Made by a program: the position numbers and the translations under genes. From Neophaeotheca triangularis (lineage: Eukaryota), in NCBI GenBank assembly GCA_054600435.1, contig BAAIJX010000003.1:372001-436000 (forward strand): a stretch of 64,000 bases of DNA. The letters run 5' to 3'. This document shows positions 47,254-59,573 of the stretch, one piece after another. Below the pieces are notes generated by a model. The model was not told the DNA's origin. It searched no databases and worked only from the letters and a program-made list of their open reading frames with translations. Positions within the stretch are counted from its first letter, which is position 1. Every line of letters starts with the position of its first letter.

Positions 47254-48714
47254 ATGAACCGACTGCTTTTAACGGCTTGTCTTTCATGCCTCGTCTCGTC
47301 TAGCACAGCCCAAAACCTACTCCAATCTCAGAACAGTACCTGGAACTCTTCTCTGACCTTGACTGATGCCCAAATCCGCTCCGCCAACCTCTCGGCAGCA
47401 ACCGTACAAAATGTGGAAACGGCCATCAACTACGAACGAACAAACCAACCCGGTGGCCCTATAGAAAACGACCACTTCTACGACCTCCCGGACACCTACG
47501 ACCCAACCAACCCACCTCCCCCCGGCACCATTCTCAAAATCGAACAACACACCAACACAACCCTCTACACCCTGCCCCCAACCCTCTCCATGTCCCGCAT
47601 CCTCTACACCACCTCAACCCTCAACGGCACCACCATCCCCGCCTCCGCCTACATCCTCTGGCCCTACCTCCCGCGCCACTTCCCCCACCTCAGCACCCGC
47701 AATCCCAGCTCCGACACCAACACCACCACCCCCTACCCCCTCATAGCCTACGCCCACGGCACCTCCGGCCACAACCGCGCCTGCGCCCCCTCCCACCTCC
47801 GCAGCCTCTGGGACTCCGCACCTCTCACGCTAGCCCTATCCGGCTACGCCGTAGTAGCCCCGGACTACGCGGGCCTCGGAATCGCAAACACCACGAGCCC
47901 GTACTTCGTCCTGCCGGCGCAAGCCTCGGACCTCTTGCACTCGGTCAGCGCGGCACAGAGCGCCTGGCAGCAAGAGCTGTCGACCGAGTTTGTCGTCATG
48001 GGGCATTCGCAAGGCGGGGGAACGGCGTGGGCGGCTGCGGAAAGGGTGGCGCGGGCGAAAGAGGGGATGCAGCCCGGGTTTTTGGGGACGGTGGCCGCGG
48101 CGCCGTTTTTGGACGTCCTGGATGCGGTTGCTTTGCAAGATGGGCCGCAGGTGAATGGGAGGATGGCGGCTGTGGCGAGCGGGCTGGGGTCTGTGTTTGA
48201 GGGGTTTGAGCTCGAGGACTGGTTGACTGAGGCTGGGGTTGCGAGGTTGCGGTTGTTGGCGGAGTTGGGGGGGTGTAATGCTGTCAGCGGGGCGTTGTTT
48301 AGTGCCGAGGGAGGGGAGGTGGGGATTCTGAAGGAGGGCTGGGAGAGGACGGAGGCGGCGAGGTGGTTCAATTCCGTTGCGTCGAATGGGGGGAAGCCGG
48401 TGGCGGGACCGATGTTGGTGATTCAAGGCACCGAGGACGGGAATGCTATTTTGAACGTTACGACCGACGGGGTGCGGAGGACTTGCGAAGCCTATCCCGA
48501 GTCCGAGTTGGAATACGTCGTTTTCGAGGGTTTGGGACATGTGCCCGTTCTCTACGGTGGGCAACATGTCTGGCTTGATTGGGTCGCTGACAGGTTCCGG
48601 GGAGTCGCTGCTGGAAAATGTTGTTCGAAGGAGACGGTCAGTCCGCCGAGAGGGGTCGAAAACATCGTGCCGGGCCGGAATTGGTTCATATCGTATAATG
48701 TTTACGGCATTTAG
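47254..48714 (+). CDS. secreted alpha/beta-hydrolase, secretory lipase (LIP)-like
   Basis: Signal peptide; AYAHGTSG, CAPS, GYAVVAPDYAGLG, nucleophile elbow GHSQGG, QGTED (Asp), GLGH (His). Confidence 0.85.
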   Translation: MNRLLLTACLSCLVSSSTAQNLLQSQNSTWNSSLTLTDAQIRSANLSAATVQNVETAINYERTNQPGGPIENDHFYDLPDTYDPTNPPPPGTILKIEQHTNTTLYTLPPTLSMSRILYTTSTLNGTTIPASAYILWPYLPRHFPHLSTRNPSSDTNTTTPYPLIAYAHGTSGHNRACAPSHLRSLWDSAPLTLALSGYAVVAPDYAGLGIANTTSPYFVLPAQASDLLHSVSAAQSAWQQELSTEFVVMGHSQGGGTAWAAAERVARAKEGMQPGFLGTVAAAPFLDVLDAVALQDGPQVNGRMAAVASGLGSVFEGFELEDWLTEAGVARLRLLAELGGCNAVSGALFSAEGGEVGILKEGWERTEAARWFNSVASNGGKPVAGPMLVIQGTEDGNAILNVTTDGVRRTCEAYPESELEYVVFEGLGHVPVLYGGQHVWLDWVADRFRGVAAGKCCSKETVSPPRGVENIVPGRNWFISYNVYGI

Positions 48715-49437
48715 GTCTTTTGCTTCTACGGAGTCAACAAAGAGAATAGCCATTCCCCCAGTGGCCAGCGTCCTTGCTCTTCCTCTAGATACTACAGATA
48801 GTAAGCCGGAGCGTCAAAAGACAGCGGTATTTGGAGAGCGATAGTTGCAAGGTGTTGTCTAGATATACCGGGTGCCCGGAGCAAGCTCGTGGGCTTGTAA
48901 ATTGGTAATGAATCAGGGGTATCGTCCACCCCGGGCAAACACCATTGCTTTGAATTTGGACCACTGAGCAGCAGAATAGGGCGTACAGAGCCAAGTACAC
49001 CTGATGCAAAGGAGCAGATGCGGTGCTGTCTTCTAGTATGCGAGTTGCCGGGGACAGGGAATCAAGCGCTTTTACGGTAACATCGAAGGCTAAAACGGCA
49101 CAAGTGCTCGTAATAGGCAAGCATTTAGCAACAATACTCCATCGCGCTAATCTACCGTCCAACTCCTTCAACTTCGATCACCGTGAATCTGGGTGCAAGA
49201 GGCCAAACCTGCCGGGAGCGGAATTCGATCTTTCAAGACACGATTCTGTCGTAGGATGCTCCCTTAAAACATCATACATCTAGTTTAAAAGAATGGCACG
49301 CCCTCAATATACTGCACGCCGAAGTTCCAGTAGGCGGAAACCAAATCGCCACATGAAATACCATCGAAAGGAAGAATGCATTCGGCATCAATGCATACAC
49401 ATTCTTACAATCCCCACCACCAACCCAGACCCCCGAA

Positions 49438-51330
49438 TCACCTCTTATAATTCCTAACGTGGTCCAGAATGAACTGAATGCCCTCCTGCCTGTACGTATC
49501 CTCAGCAGCCACGGCCAACTCGGTAACGTTCGCATCCCAAACCATCTCCCTGGGCTGCTCGAGTTCATACACGGGCCACGCGGGCGCGGCCTCGAACCTG
49601 CCCTCGAAAGCATTGGGCTCCAGATCGTGAATGAAGCTGATCCAAGACTTGGACATGAGCTCGGCCAGATCGTAGTAGCTCTGCGTCGTGTTGGCGAAGG
49701 GGTTGACGGTGCCCCAGATGTCGCCGTAGCCAAGACCGTCGGTGTTGTCGAAGACGAAGGCGACTTCTTGGAAGTGTCCGACGTTGGCGACGCCGTTGGG
49801 GATCGTGTTGAAGCGGTAGCAGTAGGCGGCCAGGCCGGCGGCGGCCCAGGTTTGGCACGTGTCGCGGCGGTGGGCGATGAAGATTGCGTCGCCGAAGTAG
49901 GCGTTGGAGCGGCGGTTTTGTTCGTTCGTGTTTTCGTCGAGGGGCTGTTCCGAGGGTGGTGGGATGAAGTATTCTGGATCGAGAGGGTAGGCTTCGAGCA
50001 TTTCGTCGGCGAATTGAGGAGGCAGGCGGACGAGGCTGCTGTTGCCAGTGGCTGCGTCGATGAGACCCTGGGTGCTGTTCACAGCGGGTGGCCCAAACGA
50101 GGAGCCCTCGTCTGTGTTGGCGCCGCTAATCACGGGAACGTGCACAAACGCACCCTCCTCGAGCTGGACACTGCCCCAGCGGGCGATGAAGTCGCCATCA
50201 ACGATTGGTTGCCAGGCTCCTGAGTCGGAGGTGTTCAATGCCGTGTTGAGAGTCTCGAAGGGAAGGTTACGAAGACATTGCAAATTATCGGTCGAGTTGC
50301 TGCAGCCGACGGTTTCCACCACGCCGTCGAAAAGCGGTTGGTAGGTGGCGTCGGACTTGAAAGACCTGTAGTTGACAGGGTTGCCTATGCACTAGTCAGT
50401 GGGCTGCTTGGACGGGCAATTGGTACAGACAAGCTCACCGCTCTGCATGATACCAGCCCGGAAGAGGCCGTCGTCCCTTCCGTTGTAGGCTACCAGGTGC
50501 ATGCCTACTGAAAGGGCTCCCGCAGATTCTCCCCTATAGAGTTGTCAGTGGGCTGGTAGTTCATTCGTGAAATTCAATTAACCTCACCAAATCGTCACCT
50601 TGTCCCTGTTACCGCCAAAGGCACCAATGTTCTCCTGAAGCCAGTGGAGCGCAAGACGCTGGTCCCTCAGGCCGAGGTTCGTGTTACCGGAGCCCGAGAC
50701 TTCTTGGCTAGCCAAGAAGCCCCAAGCGCTCAGACGGTAGGCGATGGAGACACCAATGATAGGTTTGCCCATCTCGACGCTGTTCTCAACGATGGCGGAG
50801 AGATTGTAGCTGAACAATGATGTCAGTCGGAATCGTACGGACAGGGTCAATGTGCTCCAAAATGCCTACCGTGCATCTTGGGTACCACCCATACGCAGTC
50901 CACCGCCGTGGATCCAGACGCCAACAGGAAGATCCTGGCCCTCACATCCTGATGGACGGACGATGTTGAGGTAGAGGCAATCTTCAGCTTCTGGGTAACC
51001 AAGCTGATCACCACCGTAACCAACACATAGAGGCGCGTACTCGGTGGCCTCGTAGGTTCCTTCAAAGGGCGAATCGATGCTCTGGGCCAGTCTGAAACGA
51101 AGATCGTTGACAGGAGGCTGCGCAAAGGGAATGCCTAGGAAGTAGTCCTGACCACCGTAGTTGTCTGTATGCAGGCCGGAGACTGTTCCATTCTTGATGC
51201 TGACGGTTGGGGAGCCAGACCCGCCACCATAGTGTTCTTTGTAGTCATCCTTGTGGTGGGGGTGGTGGTCACCGCCGGGTGCCGCGGCGGCGAAGCCACC
51301 GAGTAGAGCAGCAACGAGGGTAGTGTGCAT
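49438..51330 (-). CDS. secreted type-B carboxylesterase/lipase
   Basis: Introns 50869-50810, 50587-50534, 50438-50385. Signal peptide; [35 protein letters not shown], spliced [22 protein letters not shown]. Confidence 0.92.
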
Positions 51331-53096
51331 GTTGAGGAGGGCGGAGGTCAGGGAGAAGAGTCTGGGTGGACAAGGAGATTGAAGCCCGCCGGGGGCAAGG
51401 CTGGTATTTGTACTTGACCTGTCTGTTTACAATGCCGCATGATGATGATGATGACATGGTCGGTGAGGTTAGGACTACCTGGTAATTGCGCCTCCACTTT
51501 GTTCTAGATGGCAACGGCATAGAAGACTTGTAGTCAGTCTGTGAGCTGATGATGGTCACGGGAGGTATCCCACTATCCCTAAACTGAGTCGGTTGCTATG
51601 TCCATGCCGGCAAAGCGGAGTGCATTGTGGAGCATTCAATGGGGGGTTTGTGGGGCCGTCGTGGGCTGTTCACGTGCAGGTCAAATGCCGGAGATTCCGG
51701 GCGTCGGTTCAGCGACAACCGACTCCTTAGTCCCTACCAGGAGGTATGTACCTGCTGGTAGTGTCTCCTACTTTACCTACCAACGAGGACACCTCGACAT
51801 CGGACTTCCCCTCTTGTTTTACAGTATACTCGGCTATGCTCGTTGATAATACACACCAGAGTCGTTTCTCGGACGAAGAGAGTCTGGTAGCCCATCTGGA
51901 TTCTCCGCTGAATCCTTCACTCAGCTTTCCTATGGGATGGGACACCATTGACCTGTTCCATCTCCCGCCAAGGAGTCCATGCGTCTGCTATGACCATACT
52001 CATACCCGCTGCTACAATGGAGAATCCACAGTCACGACTACCTCGAACGGTACTAAGCCGGTGAGAAAGTCCTGCGCAACACTTTTGCGGCGATGAAGCG
52101 AATTCCGAGAATAACAGAAAATGCCGGGAAAGGTTGGTCGCCAGCAATGGACCCCCGCCCTGCCGGCGACTAGAGGACATCAATATAGGGCCCCAACATA
52201 ACACCCATGTAAAAAGGCGTTCCCCCAGCCGTGTCTGCCTGTCCGCACTCAACCCATTGAGGAACATGACGAGCATGCCGCCCAGGGGAGAACAAGCAGG
52301 CAGCAACCCGGAATGTCGCGACCAAGCGCCAGACAAGAAAAAAAGAAAAAAAAAATTGATGAGCTTGTAGACATCGAAAACTATGCTGTACACGACAATG
52401 AGTTGCAGGTTCGTGCAGATGACGAGTTCCTCACTGTCGCGCAAAGAGACATCTATCCCCCTTACTTCCTCATGAAACTCCCTATCTCCTCGTCGGCGTG
52501 CCAAGCCCTAAAGGACCTAGAAGTCTTTCGCTATGTATACTGGAAAGTGCCTCGCCTTTTGGTGAACTAGTATTGACAATGCCCAAGGAAAAGTCTTTTT
52601 CGATAAGGCAAAACAACAGTCTACTATCTTGGGGTTTCTCAAATTCCCCCGGCTAGCTAACAGCAAGTCATATCTGTCGCCAAATCGGTATGATTACAAA
52701 ACGATGTCTGATTAACTTTATGGGCCCCCCTTTCTTTACGTCCCATTGACTTGATTCGTCGGTTTGAACGTCGATTGCAGATTTGCCCTCTGGGTCTATA
52801 TTGAATACATATGAGTAGATACGTTAAAGCAACCACCTCAGCCTAGTCGAGCCGTGCCCAAGAGGAGATGCGACATTGCAGTAGTCACTCAATAGGCCGG
52901 ATCAATCTGGGGCACAACCATCACCGAGTGCGGGCGCATGGCAATCACATTACACATACAAAAACTTGAGTGAGTGTACACTGTGCATTTATTCTCTTCG
53001 TCGGGCTGCTTCCTTGCTCAGTATGGCCAGGCATTACCGGTCCAGGCATTTCCGCATCTTGCCACCATTGAAGAATGCAAACCGGAACTCTAAGCC

Positions 53097-54956
53097 TCAT
53101 CCTCCATCCTCCCCCTTCCCAGCCAGATACCTACCCCTATACTCCTCCACCAACCCCCTCAGATCCCTCGCCCAACACGTCCCGACCAAATCCCTCCACC
53201 ACCCACCTTCACGATGCGACCTCAGCCCCAACTCTGCCAACAACATATCAGTATAAGGCACCAGATCCCAATAAAACCAATTCCCCCGCAAGCCCTTGAG
53301 TAAGTACCGTCTCCGACACCACGCCACGGTCTTGGCGACATCCCGCTCCATGGCCTCTTTAGGGGGGAGTCTGAAACCGCTGGCTCCGTCCTCGGTATGC
53401 CCGTCGAGAACGGCGCATGCGAATAGCGCTTGGGCTTCGGCTGCGCGGAAGTGGTTCCCCAGCATCACGCGCCCGAGGAAGAGGATGCTGGGGTCTGGGA
53501 TGGGCACGATGGATTTGTAGAGGCGGTAGGGTGAGGTCGGTACTTCCGGGTTGGTGGGTCCTTCTTGGGTGGGCTTGTTGTCGAGGTTGGCTTGTTTGAA
53601 AGCCGGTTGGGAGCGTGCCCAGTCGCTGTCGAGAATCGGGTAGGAGTCGAGGACTTCCCGCTCCGCGGTGGATTCAAGATGCTGCCATTTTGCTGCGGAT
53701 TTTGGGTTGATGGTTTTTGGAAGGCTAGGTAGGCCTAGGGAGGCGGCTTGCTCTTCGTCAAAGTAGCTTTGAGCACCGTCGCGCCAGCCAGTGCAATAGA
53801 CTATAGTGTCTGGGTGCAGAGTGGTACCATCGGCTAGCTGCAATCCATTGCCTGACTGCTCCGTTTTCTCGACTGATACATCGCTGCGAATGACTTTGCA
53901 CTGTGTGGCGATAACTTCGAAAAAGTCTGAGCGTTGGTTGATGCCAGAGCTGTCATTCTGCCAAAATATCTCATGATCTGGTTTGAGTTTGTAAAAGCCG
54001 TTGGGCCTGCCGTCTTCTCTGTCGTATTGAGCCGTCATATGAGCGTCTCGATCAACTTTCTTCCACATTGCCTGCACCAGCCAGCGTCCGATTCGCGTTC
54101 GATTCAGAAACTGTCCTAATCGAGGGAACCCCGTCCCGGCCGAGAAAATGCTGACAAGAAAGAGACTAACGATTCGAGTGTAAAAGCTCTCATTGGAATT
54201 CCGATAGCCCCCTTTCCCCTTTGCCGGCAAGAAAGCTGCAGGACCCGATCCAGCTTCTCTTATCAACCAAGTCACACGTTGTCCACGCTTGCAGAGGGAA
54301 TACGCGACATCAGCAGCAGACTTCGCACCTCCCACCACAACAACATCCTCAGCCGGCGCATCCGAAGCTCCCCGATCCAACTTCCTCTCATACTCGGCAA
54401 AATCCCTATGAAACACCTCCCGACACCTACCCACCCGTCCAGCAAAAGCCGGCCAACTCGGCACACTCGACAAGCCAGAAGCATCCACCAACCTGGGCGC
54501 GACAAAGACCTCCTGCCCACCCTCCCCCTCCTGACCAACCACACACCCAACCCACCAAGCCCCCTCCCTCCCCTTCCAAACCCGCCCGACACGCCTCCCA
54601 AACCTCACCCTCCCCCTCAAACTCTCCCCACCCTCCCCAATCCCCCCATCACAACACCGCTCCAAATACGCCGAAACATGCTTCGCGCGAAAAAAGCCCA
54701 GGACCTCATCCTCAGGCGGGACATCCCCCATGGGTACATCGCCGAACTCCAGGATCCCCTTGGGCGTCTGCGTCCAGAAATCTTCGTAAACGCGATCGCG
54801 TGCCCAGACGCCGCCGATGTGGGTGCTGGCTTCGAGGATCAGGATCTCGCGGTCGGGGTGCAGGGATAGGTAGGTGCGGGCGAAGGAGAGGCCGTAGAGG
54901 CCGGCGCCTATGATTATGAGGTCGCTGTGGGTGGGGGGTGGGGGGTTTGCTGCCAT
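53097..54956 (-). CDS. flavin-containing monooxygenase-like (class B) oxidoreductase, 619 aa
   Basis: ATG at 54956. FAD motif IIIGAGLYG, GGVW, DASG, NAD(P)H motif VVVVGGAKSAAD, YCTGW, YRLYK; no introns seen. Confidence 0.85.
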   Translation of the reverse strand: MAANPPPPTHSDLIIIGAGLYGLSFARTYLSLHPDREILILEASTHIGGVWARDRVYEDFWTQTPKGILEFGDVPMGDVPPEDEVLGFFRAKHVSAYLERCCDGGIGEGGESLRGRVRFGRRVGRVWKGREGAWWVGCVVGQEGEGGQEVFVAPRLVDASGLSSVPSWPAFAGRVGRCREVFHRDFAEYERKLDRGASDAPAEDVVVVGGAKSAADVAYSLCKRGQRVTWLIREAGSGPAAFLPAKGKGGYRNSNESFYTRIVSLFLVSIFSAGTGFPRLGQFLNRTRIGRWLVQAMWKKVDRDAHMTAQYDREDGRPNGFYKLKPDHEIFWQNDSSGINQRSDFFEVIATQCKVIRSDVSVEKTEQSGNGLQLADGTTLHPDTIVYCTGWRDGAQSYFDEEQAASLGLPSLPKTINPKSAAKWQHLESTAEREVLDSYPILDSDWARSQPAFKQANLDNKPTQEGPTNPEVPTSPYRLYKSIVPIPDPSILFLGRVMLGNHFRAAEAQALFACAVLDGHTEDGASGFRLPPKEAMERDVAKTVAWCRRRYLLKGLRGNWFYWDLVPYTDMLLAELGLRSHREGGWWRDLVGTCWARDLRGLVEEYRGRYLAGKGEDGG

Positions 54957-56249
54957 GGTGGTTTTTTCTTTTCTTTTTGCTTTGGTGATTTGATGGGGCT
55001 TGGTCGTTTCCCGGGGGCGATTGGTGGGCGATCGATGGGCGGCTGTGTCTCCTACGGCTGTGTTGGTCTTGCTATCTTGCATGTAGTAGTGTGTTTAGGG
55101 TGAATTCTCTAGGTCACGCATTGAATGTGTAGCGTTTGTTGGAATCCTTGCTCTGATTTTCAGGCATCCTTCTTTGGCCGAGGCAACACAGCACAGTATG
55201 GGGCCACTTGACCATCTACAAGAAAGCGCTGCAGTCATAATCCAGAGACGTCAAGTGATTATTTAAGCTTGGACAGTCGTGACGGGATGGAATCCGAGGC
55301 GCCGAGGGGCAGTCTTGACATCAGCCACGAACCTTGAGCGTATGACAGAGCGGTATGTAAAAGTGCACATATAGCCGCTACGACACGCCATCGTCCTTGT
55401 CTGTACAGAACATGTTCTGCTTCGGGACATAAGGGACATAGGGCTGCACTACTCTACTTCCGTGTGCATTCCAAATTTGTTCCTCGATGAAATGCAAAGA
55501 TGATAAGCGCTTCCGGCGCTGGAACGATTAGAAACAGAACGGCCATGGCAGCGAAACCGGTATCTACTATGTGTTTGTATCCTTTTTCCCGGTGTCGGTG
55601 TTCAAGTACCTAGATAGTCATTACTCATGCTCGCCGAGATGGCCATACTCAAGTGCATCTAGCTATGTAACGGGCGAAATTGCTTCTTGATGTGGGCGTC
55701 GTTAAGCTGCATTCTTGACACTTTCCGATATCTTACTTTGAAGATACTTCTTCTATGTATTCAGTGAGGTGTCCGCGCAGGCGATCGCACCTAGTGATTG
55801 CCGCTTGTTGGCTGCCGGTAGAGAACGAGGTCTTCCTACGCTCCTTATTTAGAATCGTGAAAGGGTTGTTAGAGCCGAGTGTAGCGATCTGGTCGGCGAT
55901 GATCTTCTTCATACGACACGTACGGTACCTTAACCCAACTGGGTCAAGATCAATTTACCTATCCCTTAGGACCTACTAAGTTAAGATCAATTCACCTACT
56001 GCCTTGGATTGAATTCATCGATGACAAGTCTGCTCTACCCACTCTTGCTGAGAGTGACTTGATAAGCCCATCGAGCGGCACAGCATTGCAGACTAGGTCT
56101 CAATGTAGATGACAAAGCATTGAAAGATCAGAGTAAAAACTTGCATTTCATCAAAATATGGTCATCGACTCCCAGCCCAATCTCCAGAGACACGGTGAAG
56201 CCGGCCACAAACACCTGTCAACCCTCCCTTCACCTCTCAGACTTCCCCA

Positions 56250-58260
56250 TCAGTCAAGAACGTCGTAAGCACCAAATGCAAAGCCCTCCGCTGGCTCCGT
56301 GCTAAAGCGCACAGCATTCTGGTTACCATATATATAGCTCGTGCAACGCTTGGTCGCGTACTCATAATCAAACAAGAAGGCTCTCGGGTTCTTATCCATC
56401 TCCTGCAGACAGGCTTGCAGGGAAGACTGTGTCGAGACGCTGGGTTGGCCACCGCTGGCACGTCGGCGGTTGCATCTCGTGTCAATGTCCCAGCGCGTGG
56501 TGCTTCCGCGTATTGTCTTTCCGCAGTCCGAGGGCACTGCTGCGGCGCGGGCTGTGGTGGTGGTGGTTGCGGTTTCGGTGACAGTGGCGAGCTGAGAAGC
56601 GGCCGTGATGGTGTTGGTGATGGTTGTGCTGCCGGTTGAGGAGGCGGGTTTGGCGTTTTGAGAGCAGGCGGAGCTCACGATGCTGGCTGGGTAGCGGGTC
56701 AGCTGGTCCGGGGTGGTTACTTCGGCACGTTTGTTTAAAACAGGCGCCTCGGTTGCAGTCGCGGTCGCTTCGGCTTCAACTTCAGCTGCAACGCTGGATA
56801 GGTAGGCAACCTTGCTGCTGACTGACTCAGGGACCTCGGTGATGTCTTCCTGGCGCTTGCGGACTGCGGATGTGGTGGTAACGGTGACGGTAGTGGTAGT
56901 GGTCGTGAGCCCCTGAGGCGTAGTGGTGGCAGTTGCAGTCACTGTCTTGACAGCCGCAGCGTTGTAACCCAAAAGGGTGCTACAAAAGGGCTGGAGCGAA
57001 TGCCATGCAATGTCTTTCGAAGCCTGGTTAACAGCGAGGCCGGGGTTGGGCTTTCCAGGGTCAGCAGCATTGCTATAAGCGAAGCTGTGAGAAATCATAA
57101 AATGATCGTTGCCTCGCCATTGACCTTCGTTCGTCGCATACTGTGCCGACCACGATTGGCTGTACATGGCACAGTACTGATGGAGGGATTCTTAGATTCG
57201 GCCGCGAGTACTTCATTATAAGGAGAGTTCAGCTTACCTGGCCCTCGACATTATCAGGTGTGTTGATGTAGATGAGGTAAGTGTTGAAGAACTGGCATGT
57301 CTGCACTGGAGTTCCATCACTAGGGGGATGGGCAAGGTGGTACTTGCTCTTTTCGTCACAAGCTGCAGCGCAAAGAGTAGCGTCGAAGGCACCAGTGCTG
57401 AACACGACTGAACCCATGTAAGTGTCAAAGCCGTTGACATCCAGTGGAGCGTTGATGGCTTTGTTGCCCAGGACCTGAGCTGGGCCATATGGACCGTAGC
57501 CCTCCGGCTCGGCGATGGCTTTGCTTTGGTAGCCGTTGCTCCCGGCAATGACAACTTGGAATTGTTCGCGATACTGCCCCTTATTATTGGCATTTGCCTG
57601 AGACACCGGACCGCCCCAGGCCACACATTTGATATTAGTGACGGACGGCGGGTCAGGGCAGCCCGCTCCGGGCTCAGCGGACGGGTCTCGTTCGTAGAAC
57701 AGGTTGAACGACATGCAGCCGTTGATGGCGTCGCATTTGGCCTACATGAGATCCAGATCGTGTGAGTCAGGCAGGCTTGAGGGCAACAATTTCAAGGCAA
57801 AAAAACTTACAGCACAAGCCTGGACGTCGTAAGAATCGAGAGTGGTGAAGCCCAGGTACCCGTAAGCATTGTTGGAGGCTTTCAAATTCTTGAAAGTCTG
57901 CGTGTACCCGCTTGGAGTCCCGGCGTTGTTGGCACTGTCTGCAAACGCCTGCGATGCAAGGAATGCAGCGGGCGTGTCGGGGTCATTCACTGGTGGTCCA
58001 GTTCCGGCAGGCAGCGCATTGCAGGCGGCACGCTTTTCCACCGGAGCCGAAGATTCGTCCGGTGCTGCCGCGGTGATCTGAGCTGCTGCCGAAGCGATGA
58101 CTGAGGCTGGGTCGTAAACGACGGTTTGAGCCGCGACGTCTTGGGCGATGGTGTACGTGGGCTTAGGTGCTTCGTATACCAGGTCGAAGTCGATGTTCTG
58201 CGGAGCGGGGGCAGCGGCTGCTAGGCCGGCCACGAGGAGAGGAGTGATGAATGAACGCAT
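56250..58260 (-). CDS. secreted Cys-rich multidomain protein with Thr-rich linkers and PAN/apple-like modules
   Basis: Exons 58260-57811, 57741-57238, 57176-56250. Signal peptide MRSFITPLLVAGLAAA; modules CAAKCDAINGCMSFNLFYERDP and CAAACD...CQFFN; KR sites (VEKR, VRKR, LNKR). The domain call is by eye. Confidence 0.8.
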
Positions 58261-58280
58261 GGTGAGTAAGGGCCGGGGAG

Positions 58281-58309
58281 GGCTGGAGAGGGCTGGAGAG
58301 GGCTGGAGA
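58281..58309. repeat. (GGCTGGAGAG) x3 tandem repeat in the 5' leader of the secreted protein gene
   Basis: Read directly from sequence. Confidence 0.8.
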
Positions 58310-59540
58310 CTGAATGGACCGTTGCGATGCTCGTTCATGTGTGCTCTCACGCCCAATACTTATACCGCTCGCCATGAGGCTCTTCGTTTCCTCTTTCGGC
58401 GAGGCCGGATGTTAAACCAGAGTCCGCATCGACTTTATCGAAGCCACCAAGCATCTCAAGGTCTAGAATGACCAGGGGCACAAGCATGCAAAAGCCTGGA
58501 AAGAGCACCGGGGAACAATACCATCTGCGATCTTCTGCATCATTAGCAGATCTAGGGCAGTCCCGATGCGTCGACTCTTCCGTGGTTAGCTATACCAATC
58601 CCGCACGCAGCAACAGGTCTCAAACCCAAATCATCAACTCTCCCAGCAGGCAGATAGGCTGATGGACCAATAAGACACCGGCAATAACCACTCTCGGCTT
58701 GAGACTGACGCCGCAGGCTAGAAGAAGCGACCTCAAAACGCCTCTACATGCCTAGTTGAAGACAACGCAAGAGCGCAGAGGCCACCCCGAGCCAAAGAGG
58801 GTAGCGCCGTGGCCAAAAGATGCGAATCTGCAGAGACAACCTACCATGATCCGGCGATCGCGCAAATGAAGCCATGGCCTAGGTTTCCAGCATCCAGGCT
58901 CACACGTGGCCCCACGCCTCGCCGGACCTGACGATCGGTAGCTCTCGCCAAATTCCTAGGCCGTGGCTTGCAGCGACTACAATGCGCATTCTGCAAAAGG
59001 CAGTAGTCACGGATCGAGCACGCGGCTGAAGTGACGGGAAGAACTCCGCTCCATGAACGGCTGCCGCAGTGACAGTTGCAGAGCCCAGATTCCGAGAGCC
59101 CGGTCTCCAATTGGACAATCGATCCAGCAACGCAAACGGTCAACTGCCCGTTCCAGAGGCCTAGCGGTAGACAAGACCACTGCATCGCCTAGCCTATCCC
59201 GCATCGGGCACGATGGCTTGACCAAGCTAGGCTGCTAGAAGCATGCAGATTGCTGCAGAAGTTGAAATCTGGTTGTGGCGCTCGCGTGGACTCGCATGTG
59301 AGAAGGCTCTCTGAGAGTTTGAAACGGATGAAGGTGATTTTGCTGGGATCGGGTCCGCCGCTGGAGTGTCGTCGAGATAGACTTTCGATATGGAATCCGT
59401 AGCGTGGGGTCGAGAATGAGAATAATTCCAAAGAGCACCTGCATACAGACTTACAGTACCTACTAAAAGTAATAAGTAAGTTAGGTACTAATAATAAGTG
59501 TAGAAGAAGGTGAGGTAGGTGAGTTAAGTTAAATACATAC

Positions 59541-59573
59541 TATTATTATTATTATTATTATTATCATCATCAT
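59541..59573. repeat. (TAT)n(CAT)n microsatellite in an AT-rich patch
   Basis: Read directly from sequence. Confidence 0.9.

Noticed and set aside
48785..49171. 128-aa minus ORF faintly resembling a fungal TF fragment (LKELDGRLARW)
   Set aside because: Non-ATG start between two convergent 3' ends; resemblance too weak.
55944..56008. Imperfect ~25-nt direct repeat (AAGATCAATTYACCTA) as CRISPR or LTR
   Set aside because: Only two degenerate copies in a eukaryotic intergenic region; a local duplication.
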